This document shows positions 17,077 to 26,814 of a DNA stretch of 46,932 nt, in pieces; the stretch's first letter is position 1; each line of letters starts with the position of its first letter. The notes under the pieces were generated by a model. It searched no databases, had not been told where the DNA came from, and saw nothing but the letters and a program-made list of their open reading frames with translations. Origin of the DNA: Candidatus Aenigmatarchaeota archaeon (lineage in GTDB: Archaea; Aenigmatarchaeota; Aenigmatarchaeia; CG10238-14; SCSR01); the NCBI GenBank assembly GCA_044343505.1, contig JAWCDI010000001.1, positions 1-46,932 on the forward strand, read 5' to 3'. A program made the position numbers and the translations under genes.

Positions 17077-17838
17077 TTATAACTTCATTTTTTCATTATA
17101 GTGAGAAGTTGATGGTAAGCAAGGGAAATGACTATTTAAAAATTTTTCCATTTTTTCCTCTTTATGCAACAATTCATGTATAGCTATACTCTTAACTACA
17201 CTTAACACATCTCGACCTAACCATTTTTCATAAGTTAAGAGTTTATCTAGAAATAAAAATTCACCTTCCATACCAGCAGGGGCTTTCTTCATTTCTAAAT
17301 TAAATCTACCATTTCTCAAGTAATCATTGACAGGAAAATAAAAAACTTCTCTATAGAATGGATCTAAGTCATTACACATTAAATCTATTAAGTCCCGATC
17401 TTCGGGACTTATTTCTTCTTTTTCTCTACACCATTTTATCAGTTGGGTTGGAGGTAAAATAGGTAAGAAACCTCCATCTACTAAATGTTTATATTCGTAA
17501 GACTTTTTAAATGCAATTTTTACGTCTAGAGTTTTCATTCCGATGATTTCTACTTCGTCTTCAACAAGCTCTATCGAAAGATCGAAGAATACTCCTTTTC
17601 TTTTCATACTCTCCCTAAATTCATTCAATTTTTTTAACTCATCCTCCATCTCAGATTCCTTCACAAGAAGATTATACGTGAATTCATCTATCCTGAAGTG
17701 TAAAATTTTATCTAGAAGAGTCATGATATAAGGTACAGAGACTATACTAATTTCTCCCAAGTTCTTACCCAAAGTTTTGGTAATAACCAGAATACCTTCT
17801 TTCACACATTCTTGTGCTACTTGTTCGTTCAAAAACAT
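17077..17838 (-). CDS. Hypothetical protein with a C-terminal HExxH motif (possible metallopeptidase-like)
   Basis: 253 aa with an ATG start and normal K/E-rich composition. It contains IAIHELLHKEE near the C-terminus. I recognised no family. Confidence 0.55.
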   Translation of the reverse strand: MFLNEQVAQECVKEGILVITKTLGKNLGEISIVSVPYIMTLLDKILHFRIDEFTYNLLVKESEMEDELKKLNEFRESMKRKGVFFDLSIELVEDEVEIIGMKTLDVKIAFKKSYEYKHLVDGGFLPILPPTQLIKWCREKEEISPEDRDLIDLMCNDLDPFYREVFYFPVNDYLRNGRFNLEMKKAPAGMEGEFLFLDKLLTYEKWLGRDVLSVVKSIAIHELLHKEEKMEKFLNSHFPCLPSTSHYNEKMKL

Positions 17839-17900
17839 GATATTTAGAGGAAGATTTAAATTTTTAAATTTTTAGATTGAATGAAAATTAATAAAAAACA

Positions 17901-18527
17901 TCAATCGTTTAAATCTTTTTCTTCTTTGAAAGCTATCAATTTCAACAAATAAATAATTCTCAATACCCATTCAAGACAAATTGTAAAAAGAAGGTAGAAC
18001 AAAACTCCTGGGAAAGATGAGAGCAAACCTTCCCATCTTTCAAGGAGTAGCTCAGGTGAGAAGAAAGTCGGGTTTATTAAGAAGATGAGGAGAAAAGTTG
18101 TCGGGATTATGGTTGCCACATCCTTAGCCAAATCTTCCTTGTAATAGGCGGCAATCCTGGTGAAAGAGATTACCGATATCGATACGAAGAAAATTTCTTC
18201 TACGCTTAAAGATTCTGAAAGGAATATGAGAAAGATTGAAAAGATCAAAAACCAGAAGAAAGTGTAAATAGGGAAGATAAAAGTATATTTGAAGAAAAAA
18301 GCAAAAGCTTCTCCTACTCTCTCCCACTTACTCATGTAAGTACTTAAGTTTATTTTGAACAAATCTCTCCTTGCAAGCGTGGAGTAAAATTTCCACATGA
18401 TCACACCGAAGATGAAAAGGGCAAACGTGAAAATTGAAATCCTCAAGAAAGGTTCACCGACTATGGAAGAAATTTGGTGATAAAAAGGTAGCTTGGCCAT
18501 CAAGGCAAAAATTCCTTCCAGTGCCAT
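17901..18527 (-). CDS. Hypothetical polytopic membrane protein
   Basis: 208 aa with about 5-6 hydrophobic segments rich in F/I/L. It lies upstream of, and on the same strand as, the HExxH protein. Confidence 0.6.
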   Translation of the reverse strand: MALEGIFALMAKLPFYHQISSIVGEPFLRISIFTFALFIFGVIMWKFYSTLARRDLFKINLSTYMSKWERVGEAFAFFFKYTFIFPIYTFFWFLIFSIFLIFLSESLSVEEIFFVSISVISFTRIAAYYKEDLAKDVATIIPTTFLLIFLINPTFFSPELLLERWEGLLSSFPGVLFYLLFTICLEWVLRIIYLLKLIAFKEEKDLND

Positions 18528-18669
18528 AATTAATTGTTAGGTTTTGGAATAAAAATGAGTTTTTTACTCTTCTATTTTTTGAAGGTTGACTTTACCGTTG
18601 ACTCCAGATTGGAAATTGTGAGGAAGAAAGAAGATAAATTTTTTCTTCTAGTCAGATCCTAACAAATAC

Positions 18670-19932
18670 CTACTCATATCTTAAAGCTTCAACCGGCTGA
18701 AGCTTTGCAGCTCTCCTTGCCGGTAAAAGACCAGAAAGAACTCCTATTAAAACTGAGAAGCTAATGGTGAAAAGAGCGAGCTGAGGTGAAATGTGAACGA
18801 CTGTTCTTGATACACCAGTCATCCCCACCATCCTTATTCCAATTTCTGATATAATACCAGAAGCTATGAGACCGAAGAAGATTCCTATGAGACCTCCAAC
18901 TAAACCTATCAAGCCAGACTCTATCAAAAATAGAAGCATGACTTCACCATCAGTTGCACCTAAAGCTTTAAGCGTACCTATCTGCCTTGTTCTTTCCATC
19001 ACGGACATGAACATCGTATTGGCAATTCCTACAGCTCCGACTATCAGAGAAATTGCTGCTATTCCAGCTAAAAAGAAATTCAAAGTTCCCATAACACTCA
19101 ACACTCTTTCTTGAATGCTTTTGACAGAAGTTATAGTGTAGTCTTTCGTTTCTTCTGTCACTTTTCTTGAGAGCATCAAAAGTCTATCGATTTTTGCTTC
19201 AACTTCATCCACAACTTCAACATCACTAACCTTAACGAGAATTGAGTTGTATTCATTTGAGGTTATATTCAGAAGAGTTTTGGCTGAAGTTAAGGGTATA
19301 TAAATTGAGTTGTCAATACCTATCATTCCTCCAACGCCAGTAGAAGCTTTCAGAATTCCAACAACCCTGAAAGATCTTCCACCAACGCTTATTCTGGAGT
19401 TAAGTGGGATTGGGTTCTTGAACATTCTGTTAGCAACATAGTTTCCAATCACCACAACATCCACATCTCCAGGCATCAAATTTCTCCCTTCTTCTAATTC
19501 AAGGTTCACGATATCTTTCCAAACAGTTGGGTTTACACCTTGAACTAAAACATAAGTTTTTTCTCCTAAGTAGCTCAGTTCAGCTCTTCCAGAAATCATT
19601 CCACTTACGTATTTCACCTCAGGAATCGACTTGATGATTTGAATGTCCTTATCATTCAGTTTTGCTAGAGCTCCACCAAACCTTGCTTGAAGAAACGTTC
19701 TTACATCAGCAAATTCCCCTCTTGCCCTTGTCGCTCCAGGTGAAATTGTTATCAAGTCTCCACCCAAGCTGCTTAGCTGAGAATAAATACTTTCCCTCAT
19801 ACCTTCGCCAACGGAAAGTATGCTTATCACCGCAGCTATCCCTATCACTATTCCTAAAATGGTGAGCCAACTCCTCAATCCTCTTTGAGAAAGATTCCTT
19901 ACGGAAAAGCTTACGGCATCGCTAACCCTCAT
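18670..19932 (-). CDS. ABC transporter permease, FtsX/MacB-like
   Basis: An N-terminal TM is followed by a large extracytoplasmic domain and a C-terminal FtsX-type 3-TM bundle (GTLKALGA..., LPARRAAKLQPVEALRYE). Confidence 0.9.
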   Translation of the reverse strand: MRVSDAVSFSVRNLSQRGLRSWLTILGIVIGIAAVISILSVGEGMRESIYSQLSSLGGDLITISPGATRARGEFADVRTFLQARFGGALAKLNDKDIQIIKSIPEVKYVSGMISGRAELSYLGEKTYVLVQGVNPTVWKDIVNLELEEGRNLMPGDVDVVVIGNYVANRMFKNPIPLNSRISVGGRSFRVVGILKASTGVGGMIGIDNSIYIPLTSAKTLLNITSNEYNSILVKVSDVEVVDEVEAKIDRLLMLSRKVTEETKDYTITSVKSIQERVLSVMGTLNFFLAGIAAISLIVGAVGIANTMFMSVMERTRQIGTLKALGATDGEVMLLFLIESGLIGLVGGLIGIFFGLIASGIISEIGIRMVGMTGVSRTVVHISPQLALFTISFSVLIGVLSGLLPARRAAKLQPVEALRYE

Positions 19933-19934
19933 TT

Positions 19935-21158
19935 TTACTTCCTTTTAAAATTCTTGAATTTTTTGAAGACAAAAAAATTTAGAAAAACTATAACAAGAAT
20001 TATCCCAGCCATGCCAATTATGATGTAGAGGGTGCTGTTGTTCATCAAAGGTGATCTCGTGGATTGTGTTCTTGCAATAGGGATTGTTTTGTTGCCAAAA
20101 ATTCTCAGCTCATTCCCGCTAACTTCTTTTTGTAAAACCCTCCTCATACCAATGGCATCCGTGTAGGAAATTTCGACCAAAAGATTCTTCGTCTTGTTCA
20201 CATCAGGCAAGCTCATCATCTGGAAAGTTGCAAAGGTGTAGTCGCCTGGGTTTAAATTACCTACCATGCTTGAAGACGCTCCTACAACAGCAAAACCTTC
20301 TTGCCTAGGTATTTTCACGAGAACGGAATAAGCTGGATTCATCCCGGTGTTCGCAATGGTAAGAGTTACAGAAGAGGAAGAAGCTTCTTGAACGTTAACT
20401 TCAAAATCAGTTTCACCACTTATCTCTATTCCTGCCGTTGAAGTTATCGTTTGGTTTGCTCCCGATTTGTCGGTATATTGGAATGTTATAGCTATTGGAT
20501 AAATGCCTGGAGTTGCGCTTGAGCTTACAGCAACTTCTCTCGTGATTTCATAGAAAGAATTTGGAGGTAAAGTTGAGATCACTGCTCTATTGTCATAGCC
20601 AACCGGCAAGATGTAATTTGAAGCCGACCAAGTGAAGATCAAATTGTTTATTTGCAAGTTACCCGTGTTTGCTAAAGTGAAAGTCAAGTTCGTCCTTTCT
20701 CCTGGTTTGAGAGAAGATGGTGAGATGGAAAGTAGTTGAATTGTTGATGGGGATTGAATACTTATTATCACATTCGGCGTGATCGTTCTACAAACAGAAT
20801 CTTGACAATAATCTATTTGAAATTTCACGTTGTACAGGCCAGGAGAAGCTGTGTTTAAAACTGAAAATTTAAATGTCGCTATAGCAGTGTCACCTATTCC
20901 TAAACCACCGAGCTCAGATATCCAATCACCAGAGATTTTTATCGGTGCATCAGAAGAAACTCTTGAAATTTTAACTTGAGTAGCGATAGCATTTCCGGTG
21001 TTCTTCAAAGTCATTTGGATATAGCCATCATTTCCAGGATAAACAACATTAGGATAAACGGAAAAACTCGCTTGGATTATCGGGTCGGCAGCAAGGACAA
21101 TTTCAAAAGTTGAAAGGAAAATTAAAGTCAAAATCGCTGATAAAATTTTCCCCTTCAT
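19935..21158 (-). CDS. Secreted/anchored beta-rich repeat protein (COG1361 S-layer-domain / CARDB-like)
   Basis: It has an N-terminal signal peptide and repeated segments of the type ...L(K/A)NTGN... (LKNTGNAIA, LANTGNLQI, IANTGMNPA). A C-terminal TM helix is followed by a basic tail. It is sandwiched between the ABC ATPase and permease genes. Confidence 0.75.
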   Translation of the reverse strand: MKGKILSAILTLIFLSTFEIVLAADPIIQASFSVYPNVVYPGNDGYIQMTLKNTGNAIATQVKISRVSSDAPIKISGDWISELGGLGIGDTAIATFKFSVLNTASPGLYNVKFQIDYCQDSVCRTITPNVIISIQSPSTIQLLSISPSSLKPGERTNLTFTLANTGNLQINNLIFTWSASNYILPVGYDNRAVISTLPPNSFYEITREVAVSSSATPGIYPIAITFQYTDKSGANQTITSTAGIEISGETDFEVNVQEASSSSVTLTIANTGMNPAYSVLVKIPRQEGFAVVGASSSMVGNLNPGDYTFATFQMMSLPDVNKTKNLLVEISYTDAIGMRRVLQKEVSGNELRIFGNKTIPIARTQSTRSPLMNNSTLYIIIGMAGIILVIVFLNFFVFKKFKNFKRK

Positions 21159-21173
21159 ATCAACCTCCTTTAA

Positions 21174-21851
21174 TTATTCTACCTTAATTATTCTACCATC
21201 TTTTAAATAAATTATCCTTTCAGCATATCTTGCTATGTTCATTTCATGCGTAACCATAACGATAGTCTTGCCATCTTCTTTTAGTTTGTCGAATATCTTC
21301 ATGATTTCTTCTCCACTTTTCGAATCTAAGTTTCCAGTTGGCTCATCAGCCAAAATTAAAGCAGGATCATTCGCTAAGGCTCTCGCTATCGCAACCCTTT
21401 GTCTTTCTCCTCCAGACAATTGAGAAGGTAGATGATCTGCTCTTTTCTCTAAACCAACTTTTTTCAGCAGCTCGATTGCACGTTTTTCACTTTCCTTTTT
21501 ATTTTTTTCAGCGATAATCATGGGTAGTTCAACGTTTTCCAAAGCAGTTAGAGTCGGATACAAGTTGAAAAATTGGAAAACGAAACCTATTTTTTCTCCT
21601 CTTAATCTCGCTAGCTGCTTATCTTTCAGCTTGGAAGTGTCGATACCATCTAAAAAAACCTTTCCAGAAGTTGGTTTATCTAACAGACCTATCAAATGAA
21701 GAAGAGTGGATTTTCCTGAGCCAGATGGTCCTATAATAGCAACAAACTCCTTTTCCATTATCTTCAGATTCACATCTTTCAAAGCAACGACTTCAACTTC
21801 ATCCATCTTGTAAATTTTACTTACATTTTTTAATTCCACTGTAGGTTTCAT
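21174..21851 (-). CDS. ABC transporter ATP-binding protein (MacB/LolD-like)
   Basis: Walker A GPSGSGKST, signature LSGGERQRV and Walker B LILADEPT. Confidence 0.95.
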   Translation of the reverse strand: MKPTVELKNVSKIYKMDEVEVVALKDVNLKIMEKEFVAIIGPSGSGKSTLLHLIGLLDKPTSGKVFLDGIDTSKLKDKQLARLRGEKIGFVFQFFNLYPTLTALENVELPMIIAEKNKKESEKRAIELLKKVGLEKRADHLPSQLSGGERQRVAIARALANDPALILADEPTGNLDSKSGEEIMKIFDKLKEDGKTIVMVTHEMNIARYAERIIYLKDGRIIKVE

Positions 21852-22020
21852 TTTCCCTTGGTTTCATTTATGTAAAACTATACATAAAAAGGAAAATGTT
21901 GGTTTTCTTGTATAAAGATTTAAGGTTTGCCAAACGTTCCAGAAACAAAACTAAACCAAAAAGTATACAAGCAACTCAAATTTGATACACAAATTCATTT
22001 TACATTTTCAATTTTTTTCC

Positions 22021-22401
22021 TTAACTTTTAAATTTGGAAGTTAATAGGTATTCGGCCGGTATTTTCAAAATCAAATTCATGGGAGAAGGAAAAAGTGAAA
22101 ACTCGGAATACCAATTTGGGGATGCATAAAAAATGTTTTGTAATTGCAGACCAGCTAATTCGTCATAACTCAAAAAGAGCTGGTGTGGCATTTCGGATCT
22201 ACATAAATAGCATTTATACCATTTTCCTTCTTTCAACAGAGGCATGAATTCTACCTCTATTATTTTATAACCTATTCCAATCTTGGAAAAGAAATCTTTA
22301 GAAGCAAATAAATATACTTCATCTCTTTCCTCAGGAAAGGGATAAACTTTTCCAAAGAAAAATTGTTGTTTGATTATTTCACCATATCTCGACCAATCCA
22401 T
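22021..22401 (-). CDS. Hypothetical protein (no recognised family)
   Basis: 126 aa with an ATG start, flanked on both sides by unusually long (about 170-190 nt) intergenic regions. Confidence 0.45.
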   Translation of the reverse strand: MDWSRYGEIIKQQFFFGKVYPFPEERDEVYLFASKDFFSKIGIGYKIIEVEFMPLLKEGKWYKCYLCRSEMPHQLFLSYDELAGLQLQNIFYASPNWYSEFSLFPSPMNLILKIPAEYLLTSKFKS

Positions 22402-22595
22402 AAAATTAATTTAGGAAAAAAATTTTTATTTTTAAAAATCTTGTTGTCGGAAATGAACATGCAGAGGTATGGGATGAACCAGTTTGAACTGTTTTGTTTA
22501 AAATTGGAGTTTTTTAAATACTATTGAATATTTTGTTGTTCATGTAATTTACGACCGCTTGACATCTTGCTTGAAACATCTTCTTATATTTTAAG

Positions 22596-23603
22596 ATGAA
22601 ATTAAATGTTGACATAGAAATGATAATTGAAGATAAGGTTTATGGTAGTTTAAAGATAGACGATCCATTAATAGTCGAACTTATAAATTCTAGACCTTTT
22701 CAAAGACTTAAAGGGATAACTCAAAGCGGTTATGCATTTTTTCTCAGTCCTAAACACCCTTACGCAAAATTTAAAGTCACAAGATACGAACATTCGATAG
22801 GTGTTTATACTTTACTAAGGAAAATTGGTGCTTCAAAATTAGAGCAAGTAGCTGGTTTATTGCATGATATTTCTCATCCAGTTTTTTCTCATTGCATTGA
22901 TTTTATTTACGGAAGAGAGTTGGAACAAGATTTTCATGAAATTTTTCATGAAAAAATCATGTTAAATTCAGAGATTTCTGACATTTTAAATAAATATAAA
23001 GTGAAACCTGAAGAAATTTTGGATGGAAACTTCAATTTAATGGATAACGAAATACCTGATATCTGTGCAGATCGCATAGACTATTCTCTTAGAGACTCTG
23101 TTTGTTGCTTAGGTTTAGAAAAAAGTAAAGCTAAAAACATAATCGATTCACTCGTAGTTCATGAGGGTGAAATAGTTTTTTCAAATTTCAGGGTTGCTAA
23201 GACTTTTGGTGAAATATTCTTAGAAATAGGGGATATGTATTGTAACCCACTTCAAGCAACACTTTTTAAACTAGTCTCAGAAATAGTAAAATTGGGTTTA
23301 GAGGAGAATGTTCTTAAAGAAGAAGATTTATTTTCAGAGGAACCAATAGTATACAATAAACTTGTTAGAGCACATCACAAAGGAATTAACGATTTATTAA
23401 AAATTATTTCAAACCTAAAAGTAGTAGAAGATCCAAAAGATTATGACTTTTATTTAAAATCAAAAGTAAGATACGTAGATCCAAAAGTATTATTCGAAAA
23501 AGGAACTAAAAGAGTTTCTGAGCTTGATGATAAGTTCAAACAGAAGATAAGAGATTTTATTAATAGAAAAAGTAAAGGATTCTATGTTAGAATACTGAAG
23601 TGA
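22596..23603 (+). CDS. HD-domain metal-dependent phosphohydrolase (COG1078, SAMHD1/dNTPase-like N-terminus)
   Basis: DKVYGSLKIDDPLIVELINSRPFQRLKGITQ, TRYEHSIGV, LLHDISHPVFSH and CADRIDYSLRD. Confidence 0.85.
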   Translation: MKLNVDIEMIIEDKVYGSLKIDDPLIVELINSRPFQRLKGITQSGYAFFLSPKHPYAKFKVTRYEHSIGVYTLLRKIGASKLEQVAGLLHDISHPVFSHCIDFIYGRELEQDFHEIFHEKIMLNSEISDILNKYKVKPEEILDGNFNLMDNEIPDICADRIDYSLRDSVCCLGLEKSKAKNIIDSLVVHEGEIVFSNFRVAKTFGEIFLEIGDMYCNPLQATLFKLVSEIVKLGLEENVLKEEDLFSEEPIVYNKLVRAHHKGINDLLKIISNLKVVEDPKDYDFYLKSKVRYVDPKVLFEKGTKRVSELDDKFKQKIRDFINRKSKGFYVRILK

Positions 23604-23683
23604 TGAACATAAAAATGATACTTACTTCCTGTTAGTATATTCCATCATCAACTACACTTAAGGACTGGGAAATCGAAAATTCA

Positions 23684-23767
23684 CGCCCAGGGTGGGATTT
23701 GAACCCACAAGGGCAAAAGCCCACCAGCTCTCCAGGCTGGCGCCATACCAGATTAGGCGACCTGGGC
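23684..23767 (-). tRNA. tRNA-Ser (anticodon GGA), class II with a long variable arm; CCA not encoded
   Basis: Acceptor GCCCAGG/CCTGGGC, discriminator G, anticodon stem CCAGC/GCTGG with loop CTGGAGA, variable arm GGGC-TTTT-GCCC and T arm GTGGG-TTCAAAT-CCCAC. An A/T-rich box lies about 24-33 nt upstream. Confidence 0.9.
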
Positions 23768-23808
23768 ACTAAACTTAAGATAAATTTTTTAATATTTAAT
23801 TCCTGATA

Positions 23809-23949
23809 TCATTCATCTATCAATGCTCTTGGGCTTTTGAGAAATACGTGTTTACATTTTTCACATTCATAAGCTTGTGGATAGCTTGCTTGTATCAACC
23901 TCAACTTCGTTGACCCACATTTTGGACATTTTTCATCCATAATTTTCAT
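23809..23949 (-). CDS. Small zinc-ribbon protein (about 46 aa)
   Basis: MKIMDEKCPKCGS...YECEKCKH contains two CxxC pairs. The start is set at an internal ATG (23949 or 23940). The upstream part of the track ORF overlaps the preceding gene. Confidence 0.5.
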   Translation of the reverse strand: MKIMDEKCPKCGSTKLRLIQASYPQAYECEKCKHVFLKSPRALIDE

Positions 23950-24427
23950 CTTTGCAATCTTCACAAATGAAATTTCCTTCAACTTCTTTAAGATCATCTG
24001 ATTGATTCCCACAAATTTCACACATATTCGTATCGAACAATTCTCGTTTATCAGTTATAACTACTGGCAGTAAATTTCTTGTGAGTATTGTTTCTTCTTC
24101 ATGACCAACTTCAAGAAAATCAAAATTGAATTCACGAATAAAGTTCTTTCCCAATTTTTCATTTTCCAAAGATAAAAATCCGTAAACTTCCTTGGAATAA
24201 CAATAAGGACAAATTATCGTTTCCAATTTACCACCACATTTAATACATCTTTGAACTTCTTGAAAAGATTCGAAGATCTTTTTCAATTTTTCATCGAATT
24301 CTTTAAACTTTCCTAAAATTTTTGGAATTCTTGTTTTTATCCATTTCTCTACAGACGATCCTAAACAATTCACACAAATAGGGTTGAAAAGAGGTTCGAG
24401 ACATATTTTACATATTACCGTTTCCAT
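23933..24427 (-). CDS. Multi-zinc-ribbon protein (hypothetical)
   Basis: 164 aa with six CxxC-type pairs (CKIC..CVNC, CIKC..CPYC, CEIC..CEDC). Confidence 0.65.
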   Translation of the reverse strand: METVICKICLEPLFNPICVNCLGSSVEKWIKTRIPKILGKFKEFDEKLKKIFESFQEVQRCIKCGGKLETIICPYCYSKEVYGFLSLENEKLGKNFIREFNFDFLEVGHEEETILTRNLLPVVITDKRELFDTNMCEICGNQSDDLKEVEGNFICEDCKDENYG

Positions 24428-24550
24428 CGTGATGGAGTAAAAATCCCGACTATAAAAATTTTATCAATAGAATTTGGAGAAAAATGCATATTTTATAAAA
24501 ATTTCTACGTTATAGAAAAATTTAAATACAGGAAAAAACACTATTTTCTC

Positions 24551-25057
24551 GTGTTGAAGAAGAGAGAAAAACAAGTTTTTATGAATTTGATAAAGAATGC
24601 GAGGATGCCAGACAAGCATATAGCTAAAATTTTGGGGATAACTCAACCAACGGTTACAAGAATAAGACAAAAACTGGAGAAAAGTGGATACATCAAAGGT
24701 TACAAACCTTTGATGGATTTCCAGAAGTTGGGTTTAAGTTTAATAGTTTTAACTCTGTTTAACATAACCGATTTATCAAGAATAGATCAAGTCAAGAAGA
24801 AAATAATTCCAAACTTGAAGAAAATGCCTGAAATTTTTTTAATAGCAGAGGGTGAAGGTATGGGAAAAACATGTTTGATAATGTCTGCCCACAAAGATTT
24901 TCAAGATTTTGAAGAATGGGTGGTTGATCTTAAAAAAAAGAATGGAAAATACATGGAAGATGTTGAACACTTCCTTTTTTCAACAAACAATATTCATAAA
25001 GAATTTTCTATTGAAAATGCTGTGATAGAATTTTTAAAGGGTGAGCATGAAAGATAG
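24551..25057 (+). CDS. Lrp/AsnC-like HTH transcriptional regulator
   Basis: KQVFMNLIKNARMPDKHIAKILGITQPTVTRIRQKLEKSGYIKGY is an AsnC-type HTH, followed by a C-terminal alpha/beta domain. A GTG start is assumed so that the whole HTH is kept. Confidence 0.75.
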   Translation: MLKKREKQVFMNLIKNARMPDKHIAKILGITQPTVTRIRQKLEKSGYIKGYKPLMDFQKLGLSLIVLTLFNITDLSRIDQVKKKIIPNLKKMPEIFLIAEGEGMGKTCLIMSAHKDFQDFEEWVVDLKKKNGKYMEDVEHFLFSTNNIHKEFSIENAVIEFLKGEHER

Positions 25058-25448
25058 AAGAATTGCTGAAGAAAGCAAAGTTATTGAAGCGATAAGAGAT
25101 GTCTTGAGGAAAAGGCTTAAAGTTGAGTCTCAAGAAGAGTTAGCTGAACTTGTTTTGAGAAAATTGAAAAAAGAGAATAAAGATTACACCTTATCACCGA
25201 TAAGAGTTAAAAGGATAGCTTTGAAAATTCCGGAAGTCGAGGTTAAGGCTAAAACGAAGAAAACTTTGAAATTACCGAAAATCGAGAAGTGTCCGATTTG
25301 TGAAAGTGGTATAGAGCCTGTAAAGGTGAAGAATCTTATGAACAAAGAAATAATAATTGGATACAAGTGTACTAGTTGTGGATATCAGAGCGATTTAGAA
25401 GCTTTCATGCCTATGAAGTATATTTTCCTGTTAAAACAAAAAACTTAA
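25041..25448 (+). CDS. Hypothetical protein with a C-terminal zinc ribbon
   Basis: It overlaps the Lrp-like gene by 17 nt (GTG 25041, or ATG 25047). It contains CPICES...CTSCGY. The N-terminal helical region may be DNA- or RNA-binding. Confidence 0.6.
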   Translation: MSMKDRRIAEESKVIEAIRDVLRKRLKVESQEELAELVLRKLKKENKDYTLSPIRVKRIALKIPEVEVKAKTKKTLKLPKIEKCPICESGIEPVKVKNLMNKEIIIGYKCTSCGYQSDLEAFMPMKYIFLLKQKT

Positions 25449-26809
25449 GCCAAAAATTGTTTCTCATATTCTCTCAAATATTCAACGCTTCTCTTCACAT
25501 CAGCAAAAAGTTTTTCCACATAAACAACATGCTCTTTCTTTATTTCTCCCTCCTTTTTATCTTTCGCGACTTCAAAAGCTGGAGCTATAAGTTGAATAGC
25601 ATACCTCAAGCTACTGGCCAAACCAATTTCAGTTAGATATTCCAAAGCTTCTTCCGATATCTTTATCTTTTCAGATTTTGCCCTTATTTCGATTATCTTC
25701 CTTATTTCATCTTTACTGTAAGGCTTGGTGTTTATTATCAACAACCTATCGATTAAATCTAAAGGCATACCATGTGGAGCTTTGATATCGGTGCCTCTTA
25801 TGGTAGAAAATCCCCTGTTCGTGGCGAATATTATTATTGGCGCTAACTCTTGTTCCAAAGCTCGGTTCAGAAACGCAAAAGTTTCTATGTCTAACATGCT
25901 GCATTCATCTATAAACACAACTCCAGGTAACAATTCACACCTTCCTTCTTGTACTAAAGATTTTATATACTCATCAACTTCTTTCCTCACTTCTGGTTCG
26001 ATTTCTTTTGATTCCCTTCCACCGAAAAAGAAACTGAAGATGTCTGTCCCAGACCTTGCATTGGCAACATCCAAAGCATGTAAAGTTACGGGATAAACGA
26101 ACTCTTTTTCTTTCAAAACTTTTCCTCTAGGTACTGGTACTGGTTTTACAGTTGTCAAGTCAACTTTCTTCTCTTTTGCAGCATCTTCACTCATTCCAAC
26201 CTTAACGAGCCTCCCGCCTTCAACATCTATTTGTATAACATCTCCCGTTTCAACATTTTGTTGTATTAATTGAATCGCAAAACTTTGATCCATAGTAAGC
26301 TTCTTACTTTCATCTTTAGTGGCTATTTTTATGGTTGCACCAACAGGAATTTGTTGGTAAGGATTGTACGGATGTTGAGCTTTTTCTATAGAAATTTCTT
26401 TTACTTCACCTTCGTAAATCTTCCTGACTTCATGAATCCTTGCTCCAATAGCTTTCCTCAAGGCTTGAGTTAAGAATTCGGTTTTTTTCATTTCAGTTGA
26501 AAAAATTTCACTTGCGGCTAAATGAACGAACGGAACATCTCTACCAAGTTCTTTTGCTATCGCTGTAGCTAGCGCTGTCTTCCCTGTGCCGGGAGGACCT
26601 GCTAAGAGTATAGCTCTACCAGCGAATTTACCTTCTTTTATCAGTCTTACTATCAAGCCTGCTGCTTCCCTAGCTTCAACTTGACCTACCATCCCATCAG
26701 CTACTAGTTTCGCTTTTAAGCCATCCAAACCCAGACCTTGAATGTGAGAATGTGCAGCGATTCTTTCCCAATCACGCAGAGATTCAGATATCTCCCGAAT
26801 CTCTGCCAT
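25445..26809 (-). CDS. RuvB-like AAA+ ATPase (TIP49 / RuvBL1-2 family)
   Basis: RIAAHSHIQGLGLD, Walker A GPPGTGKTALA and Walker B VVFIDECSMLDIE, with an insertion domain between them. Length and blocks are collinear with eukaryotic Pontin/Reptin. The start is ATG 26809, or GTG 26818 overlapping the upstream stop. Confidence 0.9.
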   Translation of the reverse strand: MAEIREISESLRDWERIAAHSHIQGLGLDGLKAKLVADGMVGQVEAREAAGLIVRLIKEGKFAGRAILLAGPPGTGKTALATAIAKELGRDVPFVHLAASEIFSTEMKKTEFLTQALRKAIGARIHEVRKIYEGEVKEISIEKAQHPYNPYQQIPVGATIKIATKDESKKLTMDQSFAIQLIQQNVETGDVIQIDVEGGRLVKVGMSEDAAKEKKVDLTTVKPVPVPRGKVLKEKEFVYPVTLHALDVANARSGTDIFSFFFGGRESKEIEPEVRKEVDEYIKSLVQEGRCELLPGVVFIDECSMLDIETFAFLNRALEQELAPIIIFATNRGFSTIRGTDIKAPHGMPLDLIDRLLIINTKPYSKDEIRKIIEIRAKSEKIKISEEALEYLTEIGLASSLRYAIQLIAPAFEVAKDKKEGEIKKEHVVYVEKLFADVKRSVEYLREYEKQFLA

Positions 26810-26814
26810 TGAAA

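Noticed and set aside
18533-18665. 8-bp inverted repeat TTGTTAGG / CCTAACAA bracketing the intergenic region, and a GTTGACT direct duplication at about 18586-18607
   Set aside because: Matches of this length are expected by chance in AT-rich intergenic DNA. No associated transposase or structured-RNA features are present.
22454-22528. 24-codon ORF (MNMQRYGMNQFELFCLKLEFFKYY) in the 194-nt gap upstream of the HD gene
   Set aside because: It is too short, has no signals, and an ORF of this length is expected by chance.
23600-23660. Possible C/D-box sRNA (GTGATGA at the HD gene stop, a second ATGATA downstream)
   Set aside because: No CTGA D or D' box lies at the proper spacing on either strand, and there are no terminal stem complements.
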